Part shown: one piece after another, positions 51,527 through 63,489 of the stretch
Position numbering within the stretch: the stretch's first letter is position 1
Layout of the letters: each line of letters begins with the position of its first letter
Source of the DNA: Macrostomum hystrix
Taxonomy: Eukaryota; Animalia; Platyhelminthes
DNA length: 64,000 bases
Assembly: GCA_950097015.1 (NCBI GenBank)
Contig: CATNEN010000038.1
Coordinates: 21,700,001-21,764,000, forward strand
Direction of reading: 5' to 3'
Notes under the pieces: generated by a model
What the model was told of the DNA's origin: nothing
Database searches by the model: none
What the model saw: the letters and a program-made list of their open reading frames with translations, nothing else
Program-made: the position numbers and the translations under genes

Positions 51527-52229
51527 GGCGATTTTCCTCTTTCGTTCATTAAATTATTTTTTCGATTTGAATCGGTGCGTAGACGCGAAAAAGTGACGTG
51601 GCAGCATTTGAAATTGTGCCTATTGAAAAAATGATGTGGCAGTAATGGAAAGGACATGGGGTTGCTGCTGACACATGTCTATGGCACTACTCACCTACTC
51701 GGTTCGTGGCGGAGTATAGGCAGCAGCTTGCACTCGCTCCTTGCTCCCCTTCCCACTCTCGCATGAGCTTTGACTTATCGCATTGAGTCTTCACTTGTTA
51801 AATTTTATTAAATTTTACTCGAACTGCAACATGGCTGGGCGCCCAGCGGCACCTACATTCATTGTCCCTCCTGGACAACTGCGTCCCTCGCTGGAGCTGT
51901 GCGACATAAGCTTTACGATGCGCGAGCTGGCCAACATCACCCAGACGCCTAGAGACTGCATCAACTAGATGGCAACCTTCCATCTTCTGGCCAACCAACA
52001 GACATGCTCAACATGCCCCGGAGATGCGTCTGCAGCCCTATTGTTGTCGTTTACTGTCGTTACATGTCGTTTACCATTACCGTTTGTCTTTAGTTAAACA
52101 ACTCCATCCAACTTTCCGAGAAAAATTTAAGTCCCAGCATCCCATTACTGTCGTTTTCTGACATTACTCAGTAGTCACAACTTGTTTCTGTCGAAAAAAT
52201 AATTTAACGAACGAAAGAGGAAAATCGCC
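51527..52229 (+). mobile_element. Merlin-like non-autonomous DNA transposon (internal deletion derivative)
   Basis: ~39-bp TIRs GGCGATTTTCCTCTTTCGTTC(A/G)TTAAATTATTTTTTCGA; 9-bp TSD CTTTGCTTG. Internal remnant ...RDCIN*MATFHLLANQQTCSTC..MRL resembles a Merlin transposase N-terminus. Confidence 0.75.
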
Positions 52230-54996
52230 CTTTGCTTGTCCTTTATTGTCTATGGCCCATAGACTAAGGTTGCACGCAGCCAGGCCCTTCACGTCAGCAT
52301 AGGCAGGATTCTCATTTTGGATGGCTTTATTCTCAGTTAGGCTGACAAAAGCAATACTAGGTTTACTAACTTTCCTTTGTTTTTTTTCACTTGTCTATAT
52401 GCCCTTGTTCCAAAAATAACATTACTTAAGGGAAGCCAAATAGAACAGGGTCTCTTAATGAAGGAGCTATGAATTATAGTACACTATAAAGTTTTATAGT
52501 GTATAAATATCTTTGTGATTGTATACTGTATAATTATTGATAAAAGTTACAGTACATTTTTTAGAAACATGACAAAGTGCACAAATTTCTTTTTCGTTTA
52601 AATAGGTTATAAACATTTAGTTGTGTAATATTTGTGTAATGTTTTGAGTCACTGCACTTTTGCATGCTCGTGGTTCCTACACATGATACTGAGACTAGAA
52701 TTAAAGACATTGCTTAACTTTTTTGCCTGTGTGACAGCATGAGTTGGGGGGTTTTAGCTGTTGCTGAGTATATAATACTGTCAAGTTGGGAATGCAAGTG
52801 GATATTGTTGCTGAAGATTGAAGAATATAATAAATCAATCAATAAGTCAAGTAAGAGTTTGCGCAGTGATTCAGCACTCTAGACTAGAGTCCTGCACAAT
52901 TAGGTATGATTCAAACAGCAGTCTTGCATTTCACTTTCATTACATTGATGACCACACCAAATCACTTCATTACATATGTCCTTATGAATCAATGATATTG
53001 ATACTGAACAAAATAAACTAGCAATTCTAGACTAAGATTTAGCAGCCTAAAATATTAATTTAATAATTATGAATAGCTAGCCATAAAATTAAATATAGTA
53101 AGTTAAAGTCATGAAGGTTGAAGCAGACATGTCAAAACAATTAAGTCGTGACGATGCACGAAAGATTTCGAAGAAAAAATGTTGCTCGGTATAAGAAAAT
53201 TAGGAGCATGAGAACAAATTAAAAAAGTTTTTTTATCATTTTTTTCTGATGCTTGTTTGATTAAAATTTTTATAAGTTTCTAGCTTTTTTGTAAAACTAT
53301 TGCAAATTTTTTAGATTTCGTGGGTTTTAACCCTAAATTCCATCCGACTCGTAAACATCAGCTGTTTGTTCAGTGCTTGGACGTTATCGACTTTGAAAGT
53401 AAAGTATATTTAAGAGAATTAACTATATACTATTAACATTAACTAACTATTAACTAAGTATCTGTATGTAAATTAATCCAATAAAACTGGGCTTTTTGTC
53501 CTTTGTAAGCTTTGTTTATACTAGTTATTCATTGTTTTTTTCAACATTGTTACAACTTTGTTTCTCTTCTAGTCAGGAAAAGACTCAAGATAAATATTAG
53601 AAGCTATCTATCAAATGCATTTATGCCTTTATGGCTGTATGGGCTATTTAGATTGAAATATATGTACTTAGTGTATTTTTAGTATTTTGCATTAATAGAT
53701 ATGCAATCTATTGTCGTATCGTATTGAAATGATGGATATCTTTATCAGTTGTTGGCATTCTTTTTGAATCATTCGTTAAACTGTTTTTCAAAAACGTTTC
53801 ATTTTAAAATCAATGCGTCGACTAGGAATTTCGATGATTAAGGTTGCTTTTTGCACTTAATGAACTGGGGCTGCTTCTGGGGTTCTATGGAACTTGTCTG
53901 TTGCAAATGTTTAGTGCTGCGGGAGATAAATGCAAAATAGTTGACATGCTTGGGAATGTCTATGGATAAAGGGGATGAGCTGTTTAGTAAGAGGGGAGAT
54001 ATTAGCACATCTTCTGCATTATGCTAACATACTACTAATTTTCTATTGTTAACTACCACATACTTAGTCTAATAACACCATGCCAGGAGGCTATCTGGCA
54101 GCACTGCATTTATTGTGGATCTAAACTCTCTTATTATTAGGCCTACCCCTGCTGAATCTTGACACACAATCCTGCGGAATTTGGCATGACATTTGACACT
54201 CATCATATCATTGTTTCTGATTGTTTCACTGTTTTCCATTGTTTCAAAAATATTTCACAATGTTTTATGTATTAATTTTAACTGAAACTTTTCAGAAAAA
54301 CAGTTTAACAAACAATTTGAAAATAATACTTAGTTTTCCCTTCTATACTGTTATTTACTGACATAGCTATACTTTTACAATTTTCTTTACAATTTTAGCT
54401 AATTGGACAAGCAAATTAACAAGCTGAGTTAGACTTTTCAAGACAAATTTTGTTATGTAGGACTTATGCCATATTGAATCATTTTTATTTATTCATTTAG
54501 ACAACCTAATCTTGACAATACTCAATAGTCATAAAAAAACTATTTAAGGACCCTTAGGGGCTTCCAACCTATATATGTATCTATCTGCACTCACAAAACA
54601 TTATTAGAAACAGGTTTAAAGCTCATATATCACAGTTGGGCTAATATTAGTATTAGCTATTGCCCTATTATTAGTATTAGTGTTATAGCTATGCAACTAG
54701 TATTAGCAATAAATATAGCAGTTAAATATTATAAAATGGTTTTTTATTCAAGTTGACAACTTCTTTTTGTAAGCAATAAGGTCTAACTACAAACAAGGAA
54801 CAATATTGAAAAAAGGTTAAATGACATATTGCAAAGCTAGCTAAAGTGATAGTAAATTTGATGTTAGACTCCGTTTTTTTGGCTGTTTACTTAGAACAAT
54901 GACAGTTTTGCTAATTAAGTGAAACAAATAATATTGCTAAGTCCTTGTAAACTTAATCATTAAAGTAGTCAACTATGCTACATCTTTTTTCAGATA

Positions 54997-57900
54997 ATGA
55001 ACAAGCTACTAAGAGTTCAAAAACACTTTTCTTCCAATCTGGGCCTAGCAGCATGCAGGTCAATGTCTTCAATTAATCTTGCTGGAGTTCTACCTCCTAT
55101 TCCTACACCATTCAACGCCAATGAGGACATTGATTTTGACAAGCTGCATATGAACTTTGCAGTTTGGAACAAATATCCACTTGCTGGTGAGGTTCGGAGT
55201 CAGAATTTAATATATTTTATTATTAGTGGATGGATAAGAAAGGTTAAAGATGGGATTGCTATGTGAAGAAACTGGTGACATATGAAACAGATGGGCGTGG
55301 GATGAAAAAATGGGTCAATAATGAAACATCAAGGATGTTACAAACAGGTGAGGGATAAAACAGACTGGTAAGGGATGAAGCATATGGGTCAGGGATGAGA
55401 CAGACGGGTTGGGGAGGAAAGCGACGGGTCAGGGATTAGACAGACGGGTTGGGGAGGAAATAGACGGGTCAGTGATTAGACAGACGGGTTGGGGAGGAAA
55501 TAGACGGGTCAGGGATTAGACAGACGGGTTTGGGAGGAAAGAGACGGGTCAGGGATGAGACAGACGGGTTGGGGAGGAAAGAGACGGGTCAGTGATTAGA
55601 CAGACGGGTTGGGGAGGAAAGAGACGGGTCAGTGATTAGACAGACGGGTTGGGGAGGAAAGAGACGGGTCAGGGATTAGACACACGGGTTGGGGAGGAAA
55701 GAGATGGGTCAGGGATTAGACAGACGGGTTGGGGACGAAAGAGATGGGTCAGGGATTAGACAGACGGGTTGGGGAGGAAAGAGATGGGTCAGGGATTAGA
55801 CAGACGTGTTGGGGACGAAAGAGATGGGTCAGGGATCAGACAGACGGGTTGGGGTGGAATGAGACGGGTCAGGGATGAGACAGACGGGTTGGGGAGGAAA
55901 TAGACGGGTCAGGGATTAGACACACGGGTTGGGGAGGAAAGAGATGGGTCAGGGATTAGACAGACGTGTTGGGAAGGAAAGAGACGGGTCAGGGATTAGA
56001 CAGGCGTGTTGGGGAGGAAAGAGACGGGTCAGGGATTAGACAGACGTTTTGGGAAGGAAAGAGACGGGTCAGGGATTAGACAGACGGGTTGGGGAGGAAA
56101 GAGACGGGTCACGGATTAGACAGACGGGTTGGGGAGGAAAGAGACGGGTCAGGGATTAGACAGATGGGTTTGGGAGGAAAGAGACGGGTCAGGGATGAGA
56201 CAGACGGGTTGGGGAGGAAAGAGACGGGTCAGGGATTAGACAGACGGGTTGGGGACGAAAGAGATGGGTCAGGGATTAGACAGACGGGTTGGGGAGGAAA
56301 GAGATGGGTCAGGGATTAGACAGACGGGTTGGGGAGGAAAGAGACGGGTCACGGATTAGACAGACGGGTTGGGGAGGAAAGAGATGGGTCAGGGATTAGA
56401 CACACGGGTTGGGGATGAAAGAGATGGGTCAGGGATTAGACAGACGGGTTGGGGACGAAAGAGATGGGTCAGGGATGAGACAGAAAGGTGAGTGATGAAA
56501 TATATGGATGTGGGATTAAACAAGTGGGTGTAGGGTTAAACAAATGGATGTAGTAAGAAACAGACGCTTGAGGGACATGAAATACTGGAGGAAATAATGG
56601 GCAGATAGGACACGTGGGTAGATACTGTACAATGCTAAAACACGGAAGAAGATAGAGTAGAGAGAAGGCACGGGAGTGCATAAGTTGAATTGAATCAAAT
56701 AGTTGATCAAACTTTCGCCTGATCTTTCTATCATTACCAAGGCTATGTTGTAATCGGCACAAACGGTGAATCGGTCAGTCTGACTCTAGACGAAAAGGCC
56801 GAACTAGTGGCCAAATGTCGCCAGTTAAAGAGGCCTGGCCATCTTCTAATTGCCGGCGCAGGCTGTGAGACAACGCGAGCCACCGTTGCCACCTGTAATC
56901 GCTTGGCAGAAGCTGGCGCGGATGCTTTCCTAGTATTAAATCCGGGATTTTTTCGCAATCACATTAGCGAATCGGCTCTATACGATCATTACATAACTGT
57001 TGCTAAGCAGTCTCCAAAGCCGATACTGTTATACAACATGCCGGCTAGTACTGGCTACGACATTCCAGTCAGTTTAATGGCCAAATTAGCCGATCATCCG
57101 AATATTGCTGGAGTAAAAGATAGCAGCGGCGATGTTGTTAAATTGGCTAGCGTTGTTGACGCTGTTAGGCCTGCCTTTCAGGTGCGTGCGCGAATACTAA
57201 ATTGTTTAGTAGAGCTTAGTTTAATGTCTAACTAGGATTGGTTTTTTAGGAATGGCCTTTCTTAGAGACCAGGGGCAGATCAGACAGTGGGGCCTCGACT
57301 GGAGTGAGATGAGACGTGAAGAGATAATAATATAATATCTGCAGGAGAGATGTCACATCATTTTGTGACACTAGACCCACAGCAGCGAGGAGGCAATTCT
57401 GCCCATTTCGCTGACTCCTGAGCACACACGCACGCAGATACTGTACACAAGGCACATACTCACACAGGAGTGTACATCTGCCCAGACTTTCTCATCGTCA
57501 GGCAGTGTACACTTTCATTGTGCCTTGGAAGTTGGCCCCAAGCCTTCTCTCCGCGGCTGCGCCCCAAATGAATGTGGCCTCGCTGTGGAATCGAGCTCAG
57601 GGACCTTGGTGCGAGAGGCAAACGTGTTGGACAGCTCTCCCATTTCGTCCACGACAGGGGAGAGATACGATTGTGATAGGATGAGACAAGGAGAGATACG
57701 ACTGGGTGAGATTATACAAGGGGATATCGCTAGGATATCAAGATGATAGGTAAGTATTTAGTAATTAGCTTGACGCCCTCGACCTGTCGAAATTGCAAGG
57801 TAGGTTTTCAAACTATTTTTTGTTGCTTGTCCATTTTATTTAGGTCTTATCTGGCACCGGCAGTGTACTACATCCGGGTCTTCAACTTGGCTGTGTTGGC

Positions 57901-58185
57901 GGTGTCTGCGCTATCGCCAACGTGCTGCCCGGCCCAACAGCCGAGTTGTATCATTTGCACTGCAGCGGCGACCATCCGGCTGCTGCTAAACTGCAGCGCC
58001 GTCTGATTGGTCCGAACAGTTTAGTAACTAGGCGCTTCGGCGTGCCTGGCCTCAAAGCTGCGCTAGAAATGTTTGGCCTGTACGGCGGGCCCTGCCGACT
58101 GCCATTAGCTCCGCTTAGTAAGGAGAAGCGCGCCCTGGTGAGGGCCGAATTTGAAAGGAACGGATTCTCGCCTGTGTCTGATTGA
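54997..58185 (+). CDS. HOGA1: 4-hydroxy-2-oxoglutarate aldolase, mitochondrial (DHDPS family), 3 exons
   Basis: Exons 54997-55186, 56742-57181, 57844-58185. Transit-peptide-like N-terminus; motifs GVLPPIPTPF, GYVVIGTNGE, LYNMP, HPNIAGVKDSSGD, VTRRFGVPGLKAALEMFGLYGGPCRLPL. Confidence 0.95.
55390..56480. repeat. 40-bp G-run minisatellite in HOGA1 intron 1
   Basis: CAGACGGGTTGGGGAGGAAAGAGACGGGTCAGGGATTAGA, about 27 copies. Confidence 0.96.
57350..57650 (-). mobile_element. SINE family B copy in HOGA1 intron 2
   Basis: Reverse complement of 58305-58600 (CAAGCCTTCTCTCCGCGGCTGCGCCCCAAATGAATGTGGCCTCGC); B-box-like head. Confidence 0.75.
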
Positions 58186-58304
58186 GTAATTCACAACTAT
58201 TTTCTATTGTATATTTCTGATCAGGCTCAAGTGACAATAATGATCACTTAAAAAACTTGTTCTTTAGCTACTTATGCGCTGCATCTAGGTAAATAGCTCA
58301 TCTT

Positions 58305-58600
58305 GACTCAAGGGTGACGCGTTTGCCTCCTCTCGCACCAAGGTCCCTGAGTTCGATTCCGCGGCGAGGCCACATTCATTTGGGGCGCAGCCGCGGAGAG
58401 AAGGCTTGTGGGCTTGTCGTGCAATTTGAGGGCCAACCTCCAAGGCATAGGTGGAGTGTACAATTTCGATGAGACACTTCCATGGAGCAGATGTAAACTA
58501 TATATCCGAGAGCGTGTGTGCTCAGGAGTCAGCGAAAATGCCAGAATTGTCTACCCGCTGGCTGCGGGTCTAGTGTCACCAAATGATGTCTATCGCCATT
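58305..58600 (+). mobile_element. SINE family B copy downstream of HOGA1
   Basis: tRNA-like head with GAGTTCGATTCC, then a body shared with the intronic copy. Confidence 0.75.
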
Positions 58601-59304
58601 GCCCGCAGCCCTCCCGCAACAAATTTGTATCAGATCACGCAAACGAATCGTAACTTCTGATCGAGAAGGGTCGCGAGTTCGAATCCTACCCCTTTGAGAA
58701 ATCTGTGCTGTGCTGCACGATTGTGCTGTGGCTGGACATCTGGCCCAATCGGATTAACTAGATAAAATAATTAGTCCTTTTATTTAGCCTCGAGAAAATA
58801 AGATTTTCCCATTCATCTACAGCTTGCTAAATTAGCTAGCATATATTTTGTGGCTTTCATTCAATTAAGATTCTTGCAATACGGTAAAATTCTATGAATG
58901 CAGAAATTTAAGAACGAAAGCATTGAAAGCTGGTCGATTAGTTGATTTTTGGTTCATTTTGTTACACTAAATCAGATTATTATCAGTACATTACAATTTA
59001 GCTAGTACTTGCAGTGTCATCAATTAAGTCTGTTCATTTAATTGGGTAATACATTTTTCTGATTGTCATCCCGGTATTTTTGTTCTCAATAAATCAAGAT
59101 TACTTGTGTCCTAGAGTGCCCTTGTAAGAGTTTTTGGTGTTTTTTCTGCATTGATGAAGTTCTTTTCGTGATTGAATATAATTTGACAGGCAATGACTTT
59201 GTCATTGCAGTGCATTATTTTTAATTTGCGTTGACTTAACATTCACTGCTCAATAGATCTCAGAGATTGTATCTTTAATACCTGTCCCTCAAACTGTCTC
59301 GGAT

Positions 59305-60750
59305 TCCCAGATAATCACAATGGGTTACAAAATCCCAGATCTTAGAAATGGGCTACAAAATCCTAGATCCTCACAATGGGTCACACAATCCCAGATCCCC
59401 ACAATGGGTCACAATTTCAGATCCTCACAATGGGTCACACAATCCCAGATCCTCACAACGGGTCACACATTCCCAGATCCTCGCAACGGGTCACAATCCC
59501 AGATCCTCACAATGGGTCACAATCCCAGATCCTCACAATGGGTCACACAATCCCAGATCTTCAAAATGGGCTACAAAATCCTAGATCCTCACAATGGGTC
59601 ACACAATCCCAGATCCCCACAATGGGTCACAATTTCAGATCCTCACAATGGGTCACACATTCCCAGATCCTCACAATGGGTCGCACAATCCCAGATCCTC
59701 ACAATGGGTCACACAATCCCAGATCCTCACAATGGGTCACACAATCCCAGATCCTCACAATGGGTCACACAATCCCAGATCCTCACAATGGGTCACAAAT
59801 TCTCATATCCTCACATTCGGTCACAATCCCAGATCCTCACAACGGGTCACACATTCCCAGATCCTCGCAACGGGTCACACATTCCCAGATCCTCACAATG
59901 GGTCACACAATCCCAGATCCTCACAATGGGTCACACATTCCCAGATCCTCACAATGGGTCACACAATCCCAGATCCTCACAATGGGTCACAATATCCTAG
60001 ATCCTCACAATGGGTCACACATTCCCAGATCCTCACAATGGGTCACACATTCCCAGATCCTCACAATGGGTCACACATTCCCAGATCCTCACAATGGGTC
60101 ACACATTCCCAGATCCTCACAATGGGTCACAATATCCTAGATCCTCACAATGGGTCACAATATCCTAGATCCTCACAATGGGTCACACAATCCCAGATCC
60201 TCACAATGGGTCACAATATCCTAGATCCTCACAATGGGTCACAATATCCCAGATCCTCACAATGGGTCACAATATCCTAGATCCTCACAATGGGTCACAA
60301 TATCCTAGATCCTCACAATGGGTCACAATATCCTAGATCCTCACAATGGGTCACAATATCCCAGATCCTCACAATGGGTCACACAATCCCAGATCCTCAC
60401 AATGGGTCACAATATCCTAGATCCTCAAAATGGGTCACAATATCCTAGATCCTCACAATGGGTCACACATTCCCAGATCCTCACAATGGGTCACACATTC
60501 CCAGATCCTCACAATGGGTCACAATCCCAGATCCTCACAATGGGTCACAATCCCAGATCCTCACAATGGGTCACAATCCCAGATCCTCACAATGGGTCAC
60601 AATCCCAGATCCTCACAATGGGTCACAATCCCAGATCCTCACAATGGGTCACAATCCCAGATCCTCACAATGGGTCACAATCCCAGATCCTGACAATGGG
60701 TCACACAATCCCAGATCCTCACAATGGGTCACAATCCCAGATCCATACAG
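59305..60750. repeat. 26-28 bp minisatellite (CCCAGATCCTCACAATGGGTCAC(AC)AAT) between HOGA1 and DYNC2LI1
   Basis: Tandem units; source of spurious ORFs at 59320-60803. Confidence 0.96.
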
Positions 60751-60886
60751 TAGGTCACACTCGTAGGTGCTTGTATACCCGAGTTTATTTTTATTTCAGC
60801 TAATAATATATTTTTTCAGAATTTCGTCAGAACAAGCAAAGATAAAAAATATATTTTACTATTCTGATTTGAACAAAGCATAAACA

Positions 60887-63407
60887 ATGTCGTTGTGGGA
60901 TGTTGCACTTGAGAATGTCATGAACAAAGAGAATTGTAAGTTAAACCCTTTTATAGTTGAACTTATAAACAATGCCCTTTGCATCTAGGAGTTTTCAAAA
61001 GCACACTAGAAATACGCCACATTGGTTAGAACGTCGGACTCGCGACTTAAAGGTCGAGGGTTCGAATCCCGACTCCACTGGAACAAATTGCACCCTTTAG
61101 CAGAACGCTAACTCTGCATTGCTTCAGTTCACACAGCTGCTAAATGGGTGCCAGAATTAGCTGGGGTAATTGAGGTTGGGTGTGGCGTCCTTCAGATCCG
61201 CCAGGCTGTGCTGTCGGCTGCACATCTGACCCTATTGAGGCAGGTGTAATCAATTATTATTACATTGGTTAGTAACACACCACAGCCACACAAAAGATCC
61301 CAGGGTGGTTATTAACACATGATTTTAAAGCAGACAGGCCATTGTTTGTCTCTGCCTTTGTAGCCACCTCACAGCCACACAAAAGATCCCAGGGTGGTTA
61401 TTAGCGCATGATTTTAAAGCAGACAGGCCATTGTTTGTCTCTGCCTTTGTAGCCACCTCACAGCCACACTAAAGATCCCAGGGTGGTTATTAACACATGA
61501 TTTTAAAGCAGACAGGCCATTGTTTGTCTCTGCCTTTGTAGCCACCTCACAGCCACACAAAAGATCCCAGGGTGGTTATTAACACATGATTTTAAAGCAG
61601 TCAGGCCATTGTTTGTCTCTGCCTTTGTAGCCACCTCACAGCCACACAAAAGATCCCAGGGTGGTTATTAACACATGATTTTAAAGCAGACAGGCCATTG
61701 TTTGTCTCTGCCTTTGTAGCCACCTCACAGCCACACAAAAGATCCCAGGGTGGTTATTAGCGCATGATTTTAAAGCAGACAGGCCATTGTTTGTCTCTGC
61801 CTTTGTAGCCACCTCACAGCCACACTAAAGATCCCAGGGTGGTTATTAACACATGATTTTAAAGCAGACAGGCCATTGTTTGTCTCTGCCTTTGTAGCCA
61901 CCTCACAGCCACACAAAAGATCCCAGGGTGGTTATTAACACATGATTTTAAAGCAGTCAGGCCATTGTTTGTCTCTGCCTTTGTAGCCACCTCACAGCCA
62001 CACAAAAGATCCCAGGGTGGTTATTAACACATGATTTTAAAGCAGACAGGCCATTGTTTGTCTCTGCCTTTGTAGCCACCTCACAGCCACACAAAAGATC
62101 CCAGGGTGGTTATTAGCGCATGATTTTAAAGCAGACAGGCCATTGTTTGTCTCTGCCTTTGTAGCCACCTCACAGCCACACTAAAGATCCCAGGGTGGTT
62201 ATTAACACATGATTTTAAAGCAGACAGGCCATTGTTTGTCTCTGCCTTTGTAGCCACCTCACAGCTGGAGTCGCACTTGCTGTTCGTTGGGGCCAAATCG
62301 GCAGGCAAAACAACGCTAATCAACCGTTTATTGGAGAAGGACGAATCTCCTAAGCCAACAGTGGCTCTTGAGTACACGTTTGGTCGCAAGAGTAAAGGAG
62401 GCCACACTACTAATAAAGAGATTGCTCACGTTTGGGAATTAGGCGGCGGTTTGAGCATGACTCGCCTATTGGACAATGTGCTGGATGCTGACAATGTGCT
62501 CAATTGTTCCGTCGTGCTGGTAGTTGATCTAGGCCAACCGGCTGGCATCTGGGCCACGGTTGAGGCTCTGACGGGCGCCATTGAAGCTTGCGTTGGTCGG
62601 GTGATTGCATCAGCGCCGAAGGAGTCTCGCCTAAAGGAGCAGCTGCGACAGAAGCAGAAGGAGCGACTGCATACTGTTGAGGTAAGTCATTAATGCAGCA
62701 GGGATGCTAAATATAAATGTTCTTTATCAAAACGGGTAACATATTTAGAGATTAAGGATAAGACTAAGAGATAGTTTAAGGTTTCTCGGGAATCGAGAAG
62801 TTTTCGGGAGTGTGAGGATTTTAGGGAATCTAGCTGTTTTGGAAGTTTAAGGATACTGGGAAAACGAGAAATTTTTGGAGTTTAAGGATACTGGGAATAC
62901 GAGAAGTTTTGGGAGTTTAAGGATACTGGGAAAACGAGAAGTTTTGGGAGTTTAAGGATATTGGGAAAACGAGAAGTTTTGGGAGTTTAAGGATACTGGG
63001 AAAACGAGAAGTTTTGGGAGTTTAAGGATACTGGGAAAACGAGAAGTTTTGGGAGTGTAAAGATTTATGGAATCCAGAATTTTCGCTTTTTTTAGTTTAA
63101 ACCTGCTTGGAATTTAAACAGATGATGATTCTTTATAATGAATTAATTCCAGGCCGACGATGCCCAGCTAATGAGTCCGTTTCCTCTGCCGCTAACTATT
63201 GTCGGCGGCAAATTCGACCAGTTTCAAGAGAAAGTCGATCACGAACGCAAGCGGGTCGCTACGCAGACTTTGCGGTTTCTGGCCCACAGCTACAACGCGT
63301 CGGTGTACTATTTCTCAACCGTGAAACAGGAGCAAGCGGCTGCTAGGCTGCGGTCCCATCTGACTCAGCTGGCCTTTGGCTCCGGCGCGAGCTATCATCC
63401 GCATCAG
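60887..63407 (+). CDS. DYNC2LI1: Cytoplasmic dynein-2 light intermediate chain 1, 3' part beyond the window
   Basis: Exons 60887-60935, 62254-62681, 63153-~63407. Motifs MSLWDVA, FVGAKSAGKTT, PKPTVALEYTFGR, IAHVWELGGG, PFPLPLTIVGGKFDQF, TLRFLAH, QLAFG. Confidence 0.92.
61015..61262 (+). mobile_element. SINE family A in DYNC2LI1 intron 1
   Basis: GGTTCGAATCCC B-box, CORE-like segment and GGCAGGTGTAAT tail. Confidence 0.83.
61279..62265. repeat. 89-bp tandem repeat, about 11 copies, containing the DYNC2LI1 exon-2 splice acceptor
   Basis: TTTGTCTCTGCCTTTGTAG|CCACCTCACAG recurs every 89 bp; only the last copy continues into coding sequence. Confidence 0.96.
62800..63060. repeat. 35-bp minisatellite in DYNC2LI1 intron 2
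   Basis: GAGAAGTTTTGGGAGTTTAAGGATACTGGGAAAAC units. Confidence 0.9.
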
Positions 63408-63489
63408 GTGCTGGCAATGAGGAATATGTCACTTGGGAATTTGCAACTGCGATTGCCTACTAGGATTTCAATTAAGGAGATTATAGAAT

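Noticed and set aside
59320-60803. PDPHNGS-repeat ORFs
   Set aside because: Minisatellite translation in multiple frames.
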